A stretch of DNA of 64,000 nucleotides from Mobula hypostoma. Lineage: Eukaryota. Where the stretch lies: positions 179,864,001-179,928,000 of the forward strand of contig NC_086097.1 in NCBI RefSeq assembly GCF_963921235.1, read 5' to 3'. Made by a program: the position numbers and the translations under genes. Below the pieces are notes generated by a model. It had not been told where the DNA came from, did no database searches, and was given only the letters and a program-made list of their open reading frames with translations. Positions 50,326-62,469 of the stretch are shown here, piece by piece (positions within the stretch are counted from its first letter, which is position 1; each line of letters starts with the position of its first letter).

Positions 50326-53300
50326 CTGCAAAATATTAGGTAAGGGTTGAAGCTCTGCAGATAGTGTTAGCTCACAGAATGCACGCAGTACTTAGACTGA
50401 GCACTGCTACATCGCAACCCACCACAATAGAGTAACACCCCAGTTGCGCAGACCCTCAGGACTTTGGTGATGCCACAGTGGGAGATTTTCTGAATTGTTG
50501 TATATTACTCTTATTAATACCCCAACACACACGATTTCACATTTTTATTCCCTGCACACAGAACATGGAACAGTACACCAACGGGCAGGCCATTTGGGCC
50601 ACGATGTTGCGTCAATCTTGATGCCAATTTATACTAAGTGTCCTCCTCCTGTATATCATCCAAATCTCTCCAGCCCCATCATACTCGCGTGTCTATGTGA
50701 AATCTTCTTAAACTCCATTGAACTGCCTGCTCCATTACTACCACTTGTAACCCATTTCAGGCATCTAGCACTCTGCATAAAATAATGGCATTGGGGGTCG
50801 ATGTTCAGAATTTAATCCTGGTGTCCTCTGTAAGGAGTTTGTACATACTCCCCGTGGAATGCTTGGGATTCCTCCAGTTCCTCCCACAGTCCAAAGGTGT
50901 AAGGTTGTTTGGTTAGTTGGTCATTGTAAATCGTCCCCTGATTAGACCAGGGTAAAATTGAGAATTGCCAGGTGGCAAGACTCAATGGGCTCAAAGGGCC
51001 TATTTCACACAATATCTCTGAATAAGAACATGCCCTGCACATCACCCTTAAACATTAACACCCACCGCCCCACAATCTTAAGAGCATGTCCTCTGGTGTT
51101 TAACGTTCTACACTGGGGAGAAGGTTCTGTCTGTCTATCATATCTATTCCTCTCATAACTTTAAGTATCTCTATCAGGTCTCCCCTTAGCCTTCGATAGT
51201 CTCAGAGAACATAAGTTTGTCCAACTGTTTCTTATAGCTCAAACCCTCTATTCCAGGCAGCATCATAGTAAACTTCTTTTGCACCTTTTCCTCAGTCTCT
51301 GCATCCTTCCCCTACTGGTGTGGCCAGAACAGCAAGTGTGGTCAGGCTCAGCTTTTATGTAGCTACAAGGTGTCTTTCTTACTCTTGTGCTCAACACCAC
51401 TACCAATGAGGGCAAGTGCCCTTCATCACCTTATCCAACTGTGTAGCTATTTGTAGTAAATTATGGAGCTGGACCCCAACATTCCTCTGTACTTCAATGC
51501 TGTTTCATTCCAAAGATTCAAAAATTCAAAGCAGAATTATTATCAAAGTAGGAGTACAGAATACAACTCTCAAATTTGTCCTCAGAGCCTCCTAAAATGA
51601 GTCCACAGCCTCGCCAATCAATCCTTGTAACCTGGATCGCAAGACTCTTGCACTTTCCTCAACAGAAGCTAACAAAAAGGAGAGGAAGATAGGTCAAACG
51701 CAGGCAGACAGCACTGAACACCCACCCATCCTCTGCTCTCATCCTCGTCGACTTTAACCATGCTCAACAACTCAATTAGAGAGAAGCACTGGCTTCCATC
51801 ATGGACTCGCACCCCATTTCCAGGCTTCGAGGAATCCAGGCCGCACACTCCATTCCAAACCTCACCGAACAGCCTCAGAGACAGCAAAGCACCAGCTCAC
51901 TCAATCGGCCCAAAAACACACCATCAAGATGTAAGTCACAGGTTCCAATCACCCGCAGCTTAGAAGTAGAATCATATTTAAAAGAAGAATTAAAAGAAGT
52001 AGCTTAGTGAACTGTCTGCAGGGCATTGCCATTGATCACGTTGTTTGCTGGCGCCATCTTGAAGTACCAGCTGATTTAGTTTCAATAAGCACTTTTACGC
52101 ATGATCTGCATATTAACAATGTCTGCTAGTGGATCCAGATTCTAGGATAATGTTCTTAAAAGTATTTTCCAACTGCAAGAAGTCTAATATAAAATGGACA
52201 AAACAGACCTTGAAAATGGCATCATATATAAAATTAATAGATGTACATCGGTTAGCGTTTTTTTGGTAAAACAAAAACTACTCAAAATGAAAACAAAACA
52301 TTTCAAAACACTTCTATTCCTCTTCAAGTACCTGAGAAATGGAGCCCACTTCAGGAGCCTCTCAATTCCTGTTGAAATCTACCATTTTATTGGGCACTGC
52401 TCAGGTCTTGTAAACAGGGAACCAGACTAACTGACCTGGTATATAAAAAAACCACAGATCGAAGTTTACTTGAAAAACTCACTTGCAACAGCATCACAGG
52501 CACAGACCATCAGATAAGCAGAACTCACAAGAAAAATGTAAATTAACCAGCACTACAGGGAATACAACCCAAGTTTATCCAGCCTCTCGTGACAGCACAT
52601 GCCCTCTAAACCAGACAGCATCCTGGCAAACCTCTTCTGCACCCTCTCCAAAGCCTCAACATCCTTCCTATAGTGGGGCAACCAGAACCATATGCAATAC
52701 ACCAGATGTGGCCTCACCAGAGTTTTTATAAAGTTGCAACATAACCTCATGACTTTTGAACTCAATGCCTCGATTAACAAAAGCAAGCATTCCATAAGCT
52801 TTCTTAACCACCCCAGTGACCTGTGTAGCCACTTTCAAGAAGTTATGAACTTGGATCCCAAGATCTCTCTGCTCAGCAACACTGTTAAGAATCTTGCCCC
52901 TACATTTGCCCTAACAAGGTGCAACACCTCACATTTATCTGGATTAAACTCCATCTACCATTTCTCACCCCATATCTATAACCGATCTATATGTGCTGTA
53001 TTTTGGCCAATCTTCTACACTATCCACAACTCCACTAATGTTGGTATCATCCATAAGTTTACTAATGCCCCCTCCCACCTACGTTTTCATCCAGGTCATT
53101 TATATACATCAAAAGCAGCAGAGGTCCCAGTACAGATCCCTGCAGAACTCCACTAATTATATCAAAGTATGTACTGCATACTGCATACAAACTTATGTAT
53201 GTATAATAAATGTGCTTTGAACTTGATTTTGACTTGAACGTCTTTCAGTCCAGATGAAGGGTCTCAATTCGAAATGTCAACTATCCACGTTCCCCCAGCA

Positions 53301-54322
53301 CCCCAGCACCACCCCACACATGCTGCTTGAACCATTGACTTCCTCCAGCATCTATCTGGTGCTCCAGATTCCAGCATCTACAGTCTTGTCTCCTGGTTCT
53401 TAAACTCCAGCCTTCTTCACAATATAGGCCAAAATGCCACTTACCTTCTCAACTACTTGTTGGACCTGCCTGCTATATTTAAAATCACAACTGTGATCTA
53501 CTAATTAAGTGATCAGACTGGCCCCAAGATTGCATTGTCTCCTGTTCCTATTTCAGATGATCTGGTAGTGAGCTGCGAACCAGTAGGTACGTAATTGGAA
53601 AACCGCATGCAGAAAGAATCCTCATAGATTTTTTATTAATTTCATGCAGACATTCTGATTTTCAAAAGCAAAGAAGTGTGAAGCACAGCCTTGGTATTGC
53701 AACCGAGTCACATGGGCCCTATAAGGGGGCACACTGACTTTAGCTGGGAGGCTGTGAACAATTAGCACAAGGTCCTGGCTCACCACATGGGGCTGCTGGA
53801 TCAACAATATGGAAATGAAAGATGAAAGCCATGGCAGGTATCCAATGTAGAGGTTTTATCATCTATTTGTTTGCGGTGTATATTCATCATTGGCAGTGCG
53901 ACCATGAGGAGGCAGCCGGATGAGATATGGAGCCAAACAGCATGGAGAAAGGCTCTTCAGCCCCACACGTTCATGCTGACCATGGTGCACATGCAGCTAT
54001 ATGTATTTCTGGCCCATGTCCCTCTGAACTCCTCCTTTCCATACACCGATCCAAATAGTTTTTTGAATGCTGCTATTAGGTCAGGAGTCTTGTATAAACT
54101 AGTCTGGGTAAGGAGATCAGATATTGTTCCCTGTAGAAAAGTGTGCAGAAAAGATTTGTGAGGATGTTGCCAGGACTGGAGGAGCCTGAGTTACAGGGAG
54201 AGGTTGGCTCGGCTTAGTCTTTATTCTTTATTCATTTATTCAGAAAACACGGGGGCAAAGATTCAGGATTTAAAAGGCTCCTAAGGGGTGGTTCACATGG
54301 AGGGTACGAGAGTATCTGGAAC

Positions 54323-57313
54323 TGTCAGGCCTGCTCAGGCAGTCACCACCCAGCTAACAGGAGTCACTTTCTACTCAGTTCCAACTCATCACCTGCAGCC
54401 TATTTAAACCCAGCTCTCAGCCACAGTCCTTCACCCAGCAAACCAGCCAGCCTCAGCCAGTTGCTCCTAGCCTTCAGTTACCTGGCTGTCTTGTGTTAAG
54501 TATCCATTCTCTCACTTGTTTTGTGCCTTCTCCCACCCCCCCCCACCCCTGTGGCTTGTTATTTTGCAGTTTATTATTTTTATGTGATCACTCATCGCTA
54601 AATCGTCTCTGCCACTCCACATTCGGGTCAACCCTCCTCTAAGTTTCCTGTCAGGATGGGTGAACGAGTGATTGACCCCCAGAGTTTACTCACTTCCCCT
54701 TTGCCAACATGAGCTCACGATCCAGAGGCAGCAGGATACCATTAACCATCTGCTCACCCCTCTCAAATAATTCTCCATCTTGTTGCAGCAACACTAGTCA
54801 ACCTCCTTCCTCATAGCCCTGGATTCCAGTCCTTAAAATCTTCGATGGAACTCCAACCCGCTGCCACAACTTCCTGTCCCAGTGCATCGTGCACTTCGAG
54901 CTCCAGCCATTTCTGTATTTTACACACCGAGCCAAAATTGCATTCATCATCCCTCTCCTGACTGGACGAGCTCTGACCTGGGCTGCCACTAACTGAGACA
55001 ATAAAACCACCATCTGCAATAAATATGAGGAATTCACTGCTGAGATGTCTTGTCTTGTCCATACTGCACCAACCACTGCCACTGGGCTATAAACATGTAG
55101 GAGCAATGTGTGGTTAAGTGCCTTGCTCAAGGACACACCACGCTGCCTCAGCTGAGGCTCGAACTTGCCACCTTCAGACCACTTGTTCAATGCCTTAACC
55201 ACTTGGCCACGCGCCAGGTTTACAGCCATCCAGGATGTGGAAGGGGTGCAGTGAATTGCATACTTCCCTGTGTCAGGGCTTGCACTCAATGCTGAATTAC
55301 ACAGTGGAATTCAGGACCCTTGCAATGGAGCACAGCTGGAATGCAGAAGGTCTGCTGGCTTATTACCATCACAGCTACCCCAAAGTGCTTGAAAGACAAG
55401 ATGTGTACCCGGGAGATGCCTAACAACCTCGAATGTTTCACCACTCTGGCCCTCTGTGTTGACATCCCTCTTCTGGAATGATTCTCCAGATCACCAGTCA
55501 GATCCCCAGTACAACAGACTGGCCAACCCAACCTACGTCAGGATTCAGACTGGCCAACTCAACCTACATCAGGCTCACTGGGCCCACTTCTTTGAGCAAT
55601 TCAACTTCACCATCTCCTAATGGCCCAGCTCCAAGATCACCAAGGTGAATGCCCTGTCACAACAGTTCAACCCAGTGAAAACAGAAATCAACTATCAGCC
55701 CATCATTCCATCCTCGACCCTATCGACTGGGATCTTGACATCCAGGTTGGCCAGGTCCTACAGCACAAGCCTGCTCTGGCCGATGCACCTGACAACCACA
55801 CGTACATGCTGATGGCCTTGTGTGGGCCCACTCCTCACCCTTCTCCGGCCATTCAGGTGCATAACAGACCATGTATTTTCTGCGACCTGGTTCTGATGGC
55901 TCAGCGTGATCACAGATCTGCATTAGTTCGTCGCACCCGTCCTCAATGTGCCCAGACCAACCCTCTAACCAATGGTCCCCGGGGCCCCTGTAGACACTAC
56001 CGGTCCCTCGGCACCTGTAGTCCCATATCATCATGGGTTTGCACCTTCCGCCATGGTGACCATGACAGTGGTGGACCAGCTCACTTCATTGCCCTCCCCA
56101 AACTTCTGTCAGCCACTGAAATGGCAGATCGGATTCTCCAATATGTAGTTTACCTCCAGGATATTGTGTTGGGCCAGGACTCACAACTCATTTCTGGCTT
56201 CTGGCAAGCCTTCTGCTCCATCATCTGCACTTCAGTGAGTTTGTAATCTGTCCATCAACCGCAGACCAACAATCAGTCAGAAAGAACCAAATAGCAAATG
56301 GAGAGGTTTCTGCAATGTTTCACATGGAAGAAGTGTCTGCCCTCTGCAAGGGTACATCACCGTTTGAAGTACTTATGGGTACCAAGCCCCGTTGTTCCCT
56401 GCAGAGGAGACAACAGTGGAGAACCCGTCCACCAGAGCCCTGGTTTGCTGCCCCTGGAGTGCTTGGAAGACGGCTTGGAGAACCATCCAGGCCAGCTGCT
56501 GGCAGCACCCAGCTAGACGATGCTGGTTTGGGGACCATGTCTGGCAGTCCACCCAAGATCTCCCACAAGCTTTTACCCCGGTTCATCAGTCCCTTCAAGA
56601 TCACCCATAGCATCAAGTCTTACCAGTTCCAGTTGCCACCGTCCCTCAGGAGCACACCTACCTTCCACATGCCCTGCCTCAAGCCTGTCGTCTATGGACC
56701 ACTCAACCCACCTGAGCCTGCACTTCCAGATGGTGGAAGGTGATTCAGTGTGCATCATGTGCTGGTAGGTGGACTCACGTTGCCATACACAGGATGTGCA
56801 GTATCTAGTCAACTGGGAAGGGAACGGCCTGGTGGAGAGGTCATTGAGGAGTTCCACCAGACTCATCCGAATCGTCCTTGGCCATTGGGTGTCAGCTGTG
56901 GAAGGGGGTTCCTGTCAGGCCTGCGAAGGCAGGCACCTCCAGGTCTCCACCCAGCTAATAGGATTCACCTGCCCCTCATTTCAAACTCATCACCTGCAGC
57001 CTATCTAAACCCCGGTATCATCCATGGTCCTTGTTCACCCATTGAACCAACCAGTCGCTCCTAACCTTCAGTTACCTTATTGCCTTGTCGTGTTAAGTAT
57101 CATTCTCCCCTGTTTTGTGGCCCCTTGTGGCTTGTTATTTTGCAGAGCAACATACACAGAGTGTGGGAGGAACTCAACAAAATGAACAAACAGTCGATGT
57201 TTCTGGCCGAGACCCTTCAGTTAATCTGCAGTTAATTATTAAAGTGATTGTTCAACACTGAATCCTTTCTGCGACTCTGCATTTGCGTGAAGCCTCGTCT
57301 ACATTTCCTGACA
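54323..57313 (+). mobile_element. Internally deleted Ty3/Gypsy chromovirus (Sushi-like) with both LTRs (54323-54653, 56913-57313)
   Basis: TGTCAGG...CCTG(T/A)CA LTRs, polypurine tract gaaggggg, TSD ggaac/ggaat. Gag FDG....FLSQC...LLTGRALTWA and EFRTLA..WN; RNase H tail; integrase remnants; chromodomain QYLVNWEG. Confidence 0.85.
55081..55215 (-). mobile_element. tRNA/CORE-like SINE inserted in the gag remnant
   Basis: A box TGGCCAAGTGG, B box GTTCGAGCC, gtgtccttgagcaaggcacttaacc core. Confidence 0.7.
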
Positions 57314-58815
57314 GGAATGAGCTGCCAGAAACAGGTATAATAGTATATTTAAGAAGCACTTGAATGGCTACACAGGGGAGTTGGGATGGGCATAGAGGGA
57401 TATGGGCCAAATGAAGGGAATTGGGACCATCTGGTTGGAATGGAGTGTTTGGGCCAAGGGCCTGTATCAGAGCTGTATTGCTCTATGGTTCTATGAGGAG
57501 ATGTTGCTGAAGTGCCGTTGGGTTTTTACAACAACCCAGTAGTTTCTGGGCAGCTCGGTGACACAGCCAGTAGAGCCGCTGCCTCACAAATCCAACATCC
57601 TAGCTTCAATACTGACCTCCAGTACTGCCTGTATGGAGTTTGTACGCTCTCTCCATGACCCAGGATGCTCTGGATTCCTCCGACATCACAAAGACAACCA
57701 GGTTGGCCACTGTAAACTGCCCTTAGTGTGTAGGTAGGGGTACAAGCTGGGGGGAGCTGATGGGAGTATGTTTCTGATTCATTTACTTAGAGTTGATGGC
57801 TCAAAATACATAGATAGGAGAGGATTAAAGGGCGATGGACCAAATGCAAATGAAACTAGTTTGCAGTCAGCATGCCACCAGTTGGGCCGAAGGGCCTGTT
57901 TCCATGGTATATGACTCTATGGCTCTACCACTCCATTTGTCGAAATACTTGAATTCAAGTTCCCCATTGACCCATTTATAAACATAGAAATTAGATCACC
58001 AATTAAATGTCTGTTTTCAATGGTCCATGACGTTCCACTTTGGAATATGTAGACAGGATAAAAGGTCAACATTGACATGGTGGGCTGAAGGGCCTGTTTC
58101 TGGAGAGCAGGAGACTATTCAGTTGCAGTGGGTAACTATGACGTGGCTTACCTGAACCTAACCAGTGATTCTGTTATTCTTTCTCTTCTTTTTATTACGA
58201 GGAAACTAATAGATCCAGTTTTGGAAGGTTAGAGGCACCTTTGAAGTCTTTAGTAGATCCAACATCTAAACCTTGATCTGTACGTACATCCTACATCATT
58301 TTGCAGGACAGAAATTCAGATTCCCATTGTGCTCTGTGTTAGAACACAGAAATAGAATACAGTGCAGGAACAGGCCTCTCAGCCCACAATGTTTGTGCTG
58401 AACACAATGCCAAATTAAACTGAATCCCTTCTGTCTGCACATGATCCATATCCCTCCATGTTCATTTGTCTATCTAACATCATGACATCATCTCAAAGCC
58501 ACTAGACTTGATGTTTAAGGCTTTGTGTCCTTGGCCTTCTCACCAGACTCAGAGAATCTGAGTCATACAGCACAAAAAATAGGCCCTTTGTCCCACTATG
58601 TCCAGGTTCACCTTTCGTTCCATCTACATTAACCTCATTTGCCCACATTAGCACCTTATCATTCTTTACTTTGCCTATTTGAGGGTCACCTCTGGCACTG
58701 AGTTCCAGATATCAACCACACTGTAAAGTTATTTCTCTTTATCTGTTTAAAAAGTCAATCTAATCAGATGGCATGGTGGCTTGCAACCTCTTCTTACATA
58801 AGTGTATGTACTTAC

Positions 58816-58956
58816 GTTGGCAGTGTTTCCCGTAGTATCCTGCAGTACAGTGCATGCAATAGGGGCCCGTGTACTGAGGTTTGCACTCACAGCGTTGGGT
58901 GTCAGGATTCACATAGCAGGTGTTCCCAACAGTGCCCTGGACATTACACCTACAAC
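58816..58956 (-). CDS. LAMA3: Laminin alpha LE-domain exon (141 nt, phase 1-1): CRCNVQGTVGNTCYVNPDTQRCECKPQYTGPYCMHCTAGYYGKHCQ
   Basis: tttgtttcctccag acceptor, gtaagt donor, 8-Cys LE pattern. Confidence 0.93.
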
Positions 58957-59969
58957 CTGGAGGAAACAAAAGGCAACGAGTTGGAAATCAAAACTTCAGG
59001 AACAATGCAAAGATGGTAGTCTGTGTACTCTGATACCATGCACTCCAAAGCACTTCAGTATTGTACCTCATGTTCTTTTGAAGCCAGGATAAGATTGCAC
59101 TTGTTAACTTTCATGATCCATCACGTTCTCATGAATTAGAAATTTATTTTCACACACAGTGGGTTTCTAATCTCGACAATCTGTGGTAGAATCTATTTAG
59201 GTTTATAAATTCTCAAAAAGAAGCAGAGAAGACTGTAAACATTCAGTAGGGTGGGTCAGGCAGCAGTTTTTACTTAGGTACATGTGTGTTTATTTCCATG
59301 CATCACTGAGGACCCTCGCCATCCGTAAATTGCCCTCTTCTCATTACTGATATTTGAAATGAGGTACAGGAGCCTGAAGGCCCACACTCAAAAATTCAGT
59401 AACAGCTTTTCCCCTCCACCAACAAATTTCTGAACAGGCCATAAACACATGAACACTACCTCTTCGTTCCTTTTTTTTGTACTATTTATTTATTTTCTGA
59501 AACACAGTAACTTAGCATCCTCTGATTGGAGCTGACGAGAATCTTTGAAACCCTTGCTCTACTTCCCTGACAAATCTTCCCCTATCCAGTACTGAAGTAT
59601 CGATTTTTTAAAAATTCACTTACGGGATGTGGGCGTTGCCAGCTAAGCCAGCATTTATTGCCCATCCCTAGTTGCCCAGCCACGGTATCGTTGGGAAGAT
59701 GTCATTCTTGGGCTAGAAAATGTTATTTAGCTGGTGAGTTAGGCAGAGCAGTAGCAAGTGGAATGCAATCATGATAAGTGTGAAGTGATGCATTTTGGAG
59801 AGAGTCTTACAAGGATTTGAAAAATACTGCATACAATAAGGCCCTAGGGAGTACCAAGGGACAGAGGGACCTTGGCGTACAAGTCCATAGATCTTTGAAT
59901 GTTGCAGCACAGGTAGGTAGTGTGGTGAAAGGTGAAGAAGGCATGAATGATGCTTGGAGACAAAGGAGA

Positions 59970-61245
59970 CTATTTACAAATTTGGCTCCAGTTCCGCAAT
60001 TTTTAAAAAAATCTTTAAAAATTTGTAGTTTAATTTACCGAAATTACTTTTTTAAGCCTTCTTTAAGTGATCCAATTTTTTTTACTTTGGAAAAATAAAG
60101 GTATTAATTCTTTTTTGGATTTATTTAAAGAAGATAGGTTGATGTCTTTTGAACAATTAATTGATAAATATTCTCTTTCACACTCACACTTTCTGCAATA
60201 CCTTCAAGTTAGATATTTTTTACAGAAATATTTAAGTAATTTTCCTTACATATTGGAGGCCGACCTGTTAGATACTATTATGAGTATGAATCTTTTGATT
60301 AAGGGTTCTGTTGGAAGAATTTATAATTTATTATTACAATGGTATAAGCGTCCTTTATCTAAGATTAAACAGGGTTGGGAAAAGGAACTAAATTTGACTT
60401 TTATGACGGAGGATTGGATGCGGATATTGAAGTTGGTTAACTCTTCTTCAGTTTGTGCCAGCCATTCATTGATTCAATTTAAAATTGTACATGATTATCA
60501 TTTGACAAAGGAGAGACTTTCTAAAATCTTTCCTAATGTTGATAGTCATTGTGATAGATGTAAAACTGAGATAGCTACACTGACACATATGCTTTGGTCT
60601 TGTTCTATATTGGAACAGTTCTGGAAGTCGGTTTTTTCAACATTTTCTAAAGCACTTAAAATTAATTTACAACCTAATAAATTAACTGTGCTTTGTGGAA
60701 TAGTTCCTCAAAATATTCATGATAGTTCTGTGTCTGACCAACATCTTATTGCATTTGTTACATTGGTAGCTAGGAGGGCCATTTTGTTGAAGTGGAAGGA
60801 TACATCAGCTCCCACTTTGTCACAATGGTTCTCTCAAGTGATGCTATGTCTTAGTTTGGAGAAAATTGGAAGACGAACCTTTGAACCTTTATTTGATTTT
60901 GAGAAAAGATGGGGCTCATTTGCTCGTTATTATCATTTGAGTTAATTGATATAATTTTTCCATGATCTAATTGTAAATTTTTTTAGTATATTTTCTTTTC
61001 TTGCTGGTGATTTGATGTATATTTTTAGAAGCTTTTTGTATGACGCATGGCTCCGGGGTTGTACACCTAATGGGTTCCTTTTTTTCCTCTTACTTTTCTG
61101 CTTAGTAAGTTATCATAAATTTTTTTTTCAATCTTTAAGATAATGCTCTTTTTGAGGCATTGCAAGTGTTGTTACTTCGATGTACTCATGTTATTTTTCC
61201 TGTATATAACAATAAAAAGATTTGAAAAGAAAAAAAAAGAAAGAG
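59970..61245 (+). mobile_element. L1-clade LINE 3' fragment (ORF2 C-terminus 60067-60945, AT-rich 3' UTR, A-rich tail)
   Basis: LIQFKIVH, CDRC......LTHMLWSC zinc knuckle, RRAILLKWK; aataaa followed by an A-rich tail. Confidence 0.85.
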
Positions 61246-61344
61246 ACTGCAGATGCTCAAATCTGAAGCAACAATTAATCTGCTGGGGAACTCAACAAGT
61301 TGAACAGCATCTGTGGGGGGGAAAGGAATTTAGGCTTCGAGTGT

Positions 61345-61850
61345 TCAGCAGTGGACCAAGCACACAACCCTGGAGGTCATCCGTGTTGAGAATGATGGGG
61401 AGGGAGGAGCAGTTGGGCATCTGACTATCTAAGGTCAATTGGTAGGATGTCCAACATCCAGCTGCACAGTGGTGTATTTAAACTGAGGAGTAGGAGTTTG
61501 TTCACCAAGGTCTGTGGGAAATCCAGAAACGGCATTCTGACATGAGTGTCCGAGGTGTGTCAAGGCCAGGTGCTTGACAGATGCTTTGGCATCAGTCTTA
61601 CAGCAGTTCTGTCAGCAAGCATGTTGGTGAGTGTTCAATGTGGCAGGAATGGTGTTTTTGATATGTGCCATTACCAGCAATTCAAAACACTTCATGGTGA
61701 TTAGCGTCAGTGCCACTGGACAATAGTCAGTTAGTTCTGAAGATGTAGATTTCTTTGGTACAAGGATGATGGTGGCTCATTTGAAGCATGTGGGGGCAGC
61801 AGCCTGGATGAGTGAACTGTTGAAGATGTCCATGAAGAATATACGTAAAT
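61345..61850 (-). mobile_element. Degenerate Rex-Babar/L2-type RT fragments
   Basis: DIFNSSL.QA..PTCFK, Y.PVALT..MKCFE pieces. Confidence 0.6.
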
Positions 61851-62469
61851 AGAGGGTTACAGCAAGGATCTTGGGTTTAACATGAACGAACACTGGACAG
61901 GTTACAACTGGAACACTGTGCACATTGCTGGTTGGTTCTCTATTGGAAGCAGGTGATTCCACTAGGGAGGAGATTCACAAAGATGCCAGTTTGGATGGAT
62001 CCTTTCAGCTAGAAGGGAAGACTGGGTTTGTCTGGTAATCTCACAATATTTGTAAAGTACCTAGATGGTCATTTGAATCACCAGTAAGTCCACAGACCAG
62101 GTACTGGTAAATGGGATAATGATATCTGGGTACTTGATGTTCGGCATGGATACCAGAGCAGAAATATTGGACCAGAGCAAAATTTGCTGCAATTCCTTTT
62201 CACATTTACCTGATCCCTGTTTACATTTGGATGCATTCATTTTTAAAGAAGCCCCATCCAAATATTAACAATAACAGCGTCTCTAGAAGGCAATGCTTAA
62301 TTAATAGCAAAATTGTTGGAAATCTTAAACACAGGATGAGGCTTTCCTTTTCAAGACATCAGAGATGGCCCTCCTTCTTCAAAGTGTACAAGATAGGACA
62401 CACACAATGAATGATGTGGAGTGTCGAGGAGCAGAGGTACATCGGCGTTCAAGGTAGGACACACTGCGT

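Larger units (their letters stand above)
230..58956 (-). other. LAMA3: Laminin subunit alpha-3 (long alpha3B-type) gene, internal portion with 16 coding exons; continues beyond both window ends
   Basis: All exons have AG/GT boundaries and compatible phases (1787 or 1793 nt spliced, no stops). Motifs [44 protein letters not shown] and NYFGCQ fit recalled LAMA3 better than LAMA5. Confidence 0.82.

Noticed and set aside
230..58956. Calling the gene LAMA5
   Set aside because: LE count and exon A are alpha5-like, but most diagnostic residues in the constitutive exons match recalled LAMA3; not fully excluded without phylogeny and synteny.
61918..61962. Possible 45-nt phase 1-1 linker exon (ESPASNREPTSNVH) upstream of the first LE exon
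   Set aside because: The donor (A|gtgttc) is poor and the acceptor lies in antisense CR1-like sequence; the true upstream exon probably lies outside the window.
62061..62261. ORF containing KCKQGSGKCE, resembling a laminin LE segment (CEQGSGRC)
   Set aside because: The rest of the 8-Cys pattern is missing and there is no suitable acceptor/donor pair; probably coincidence.
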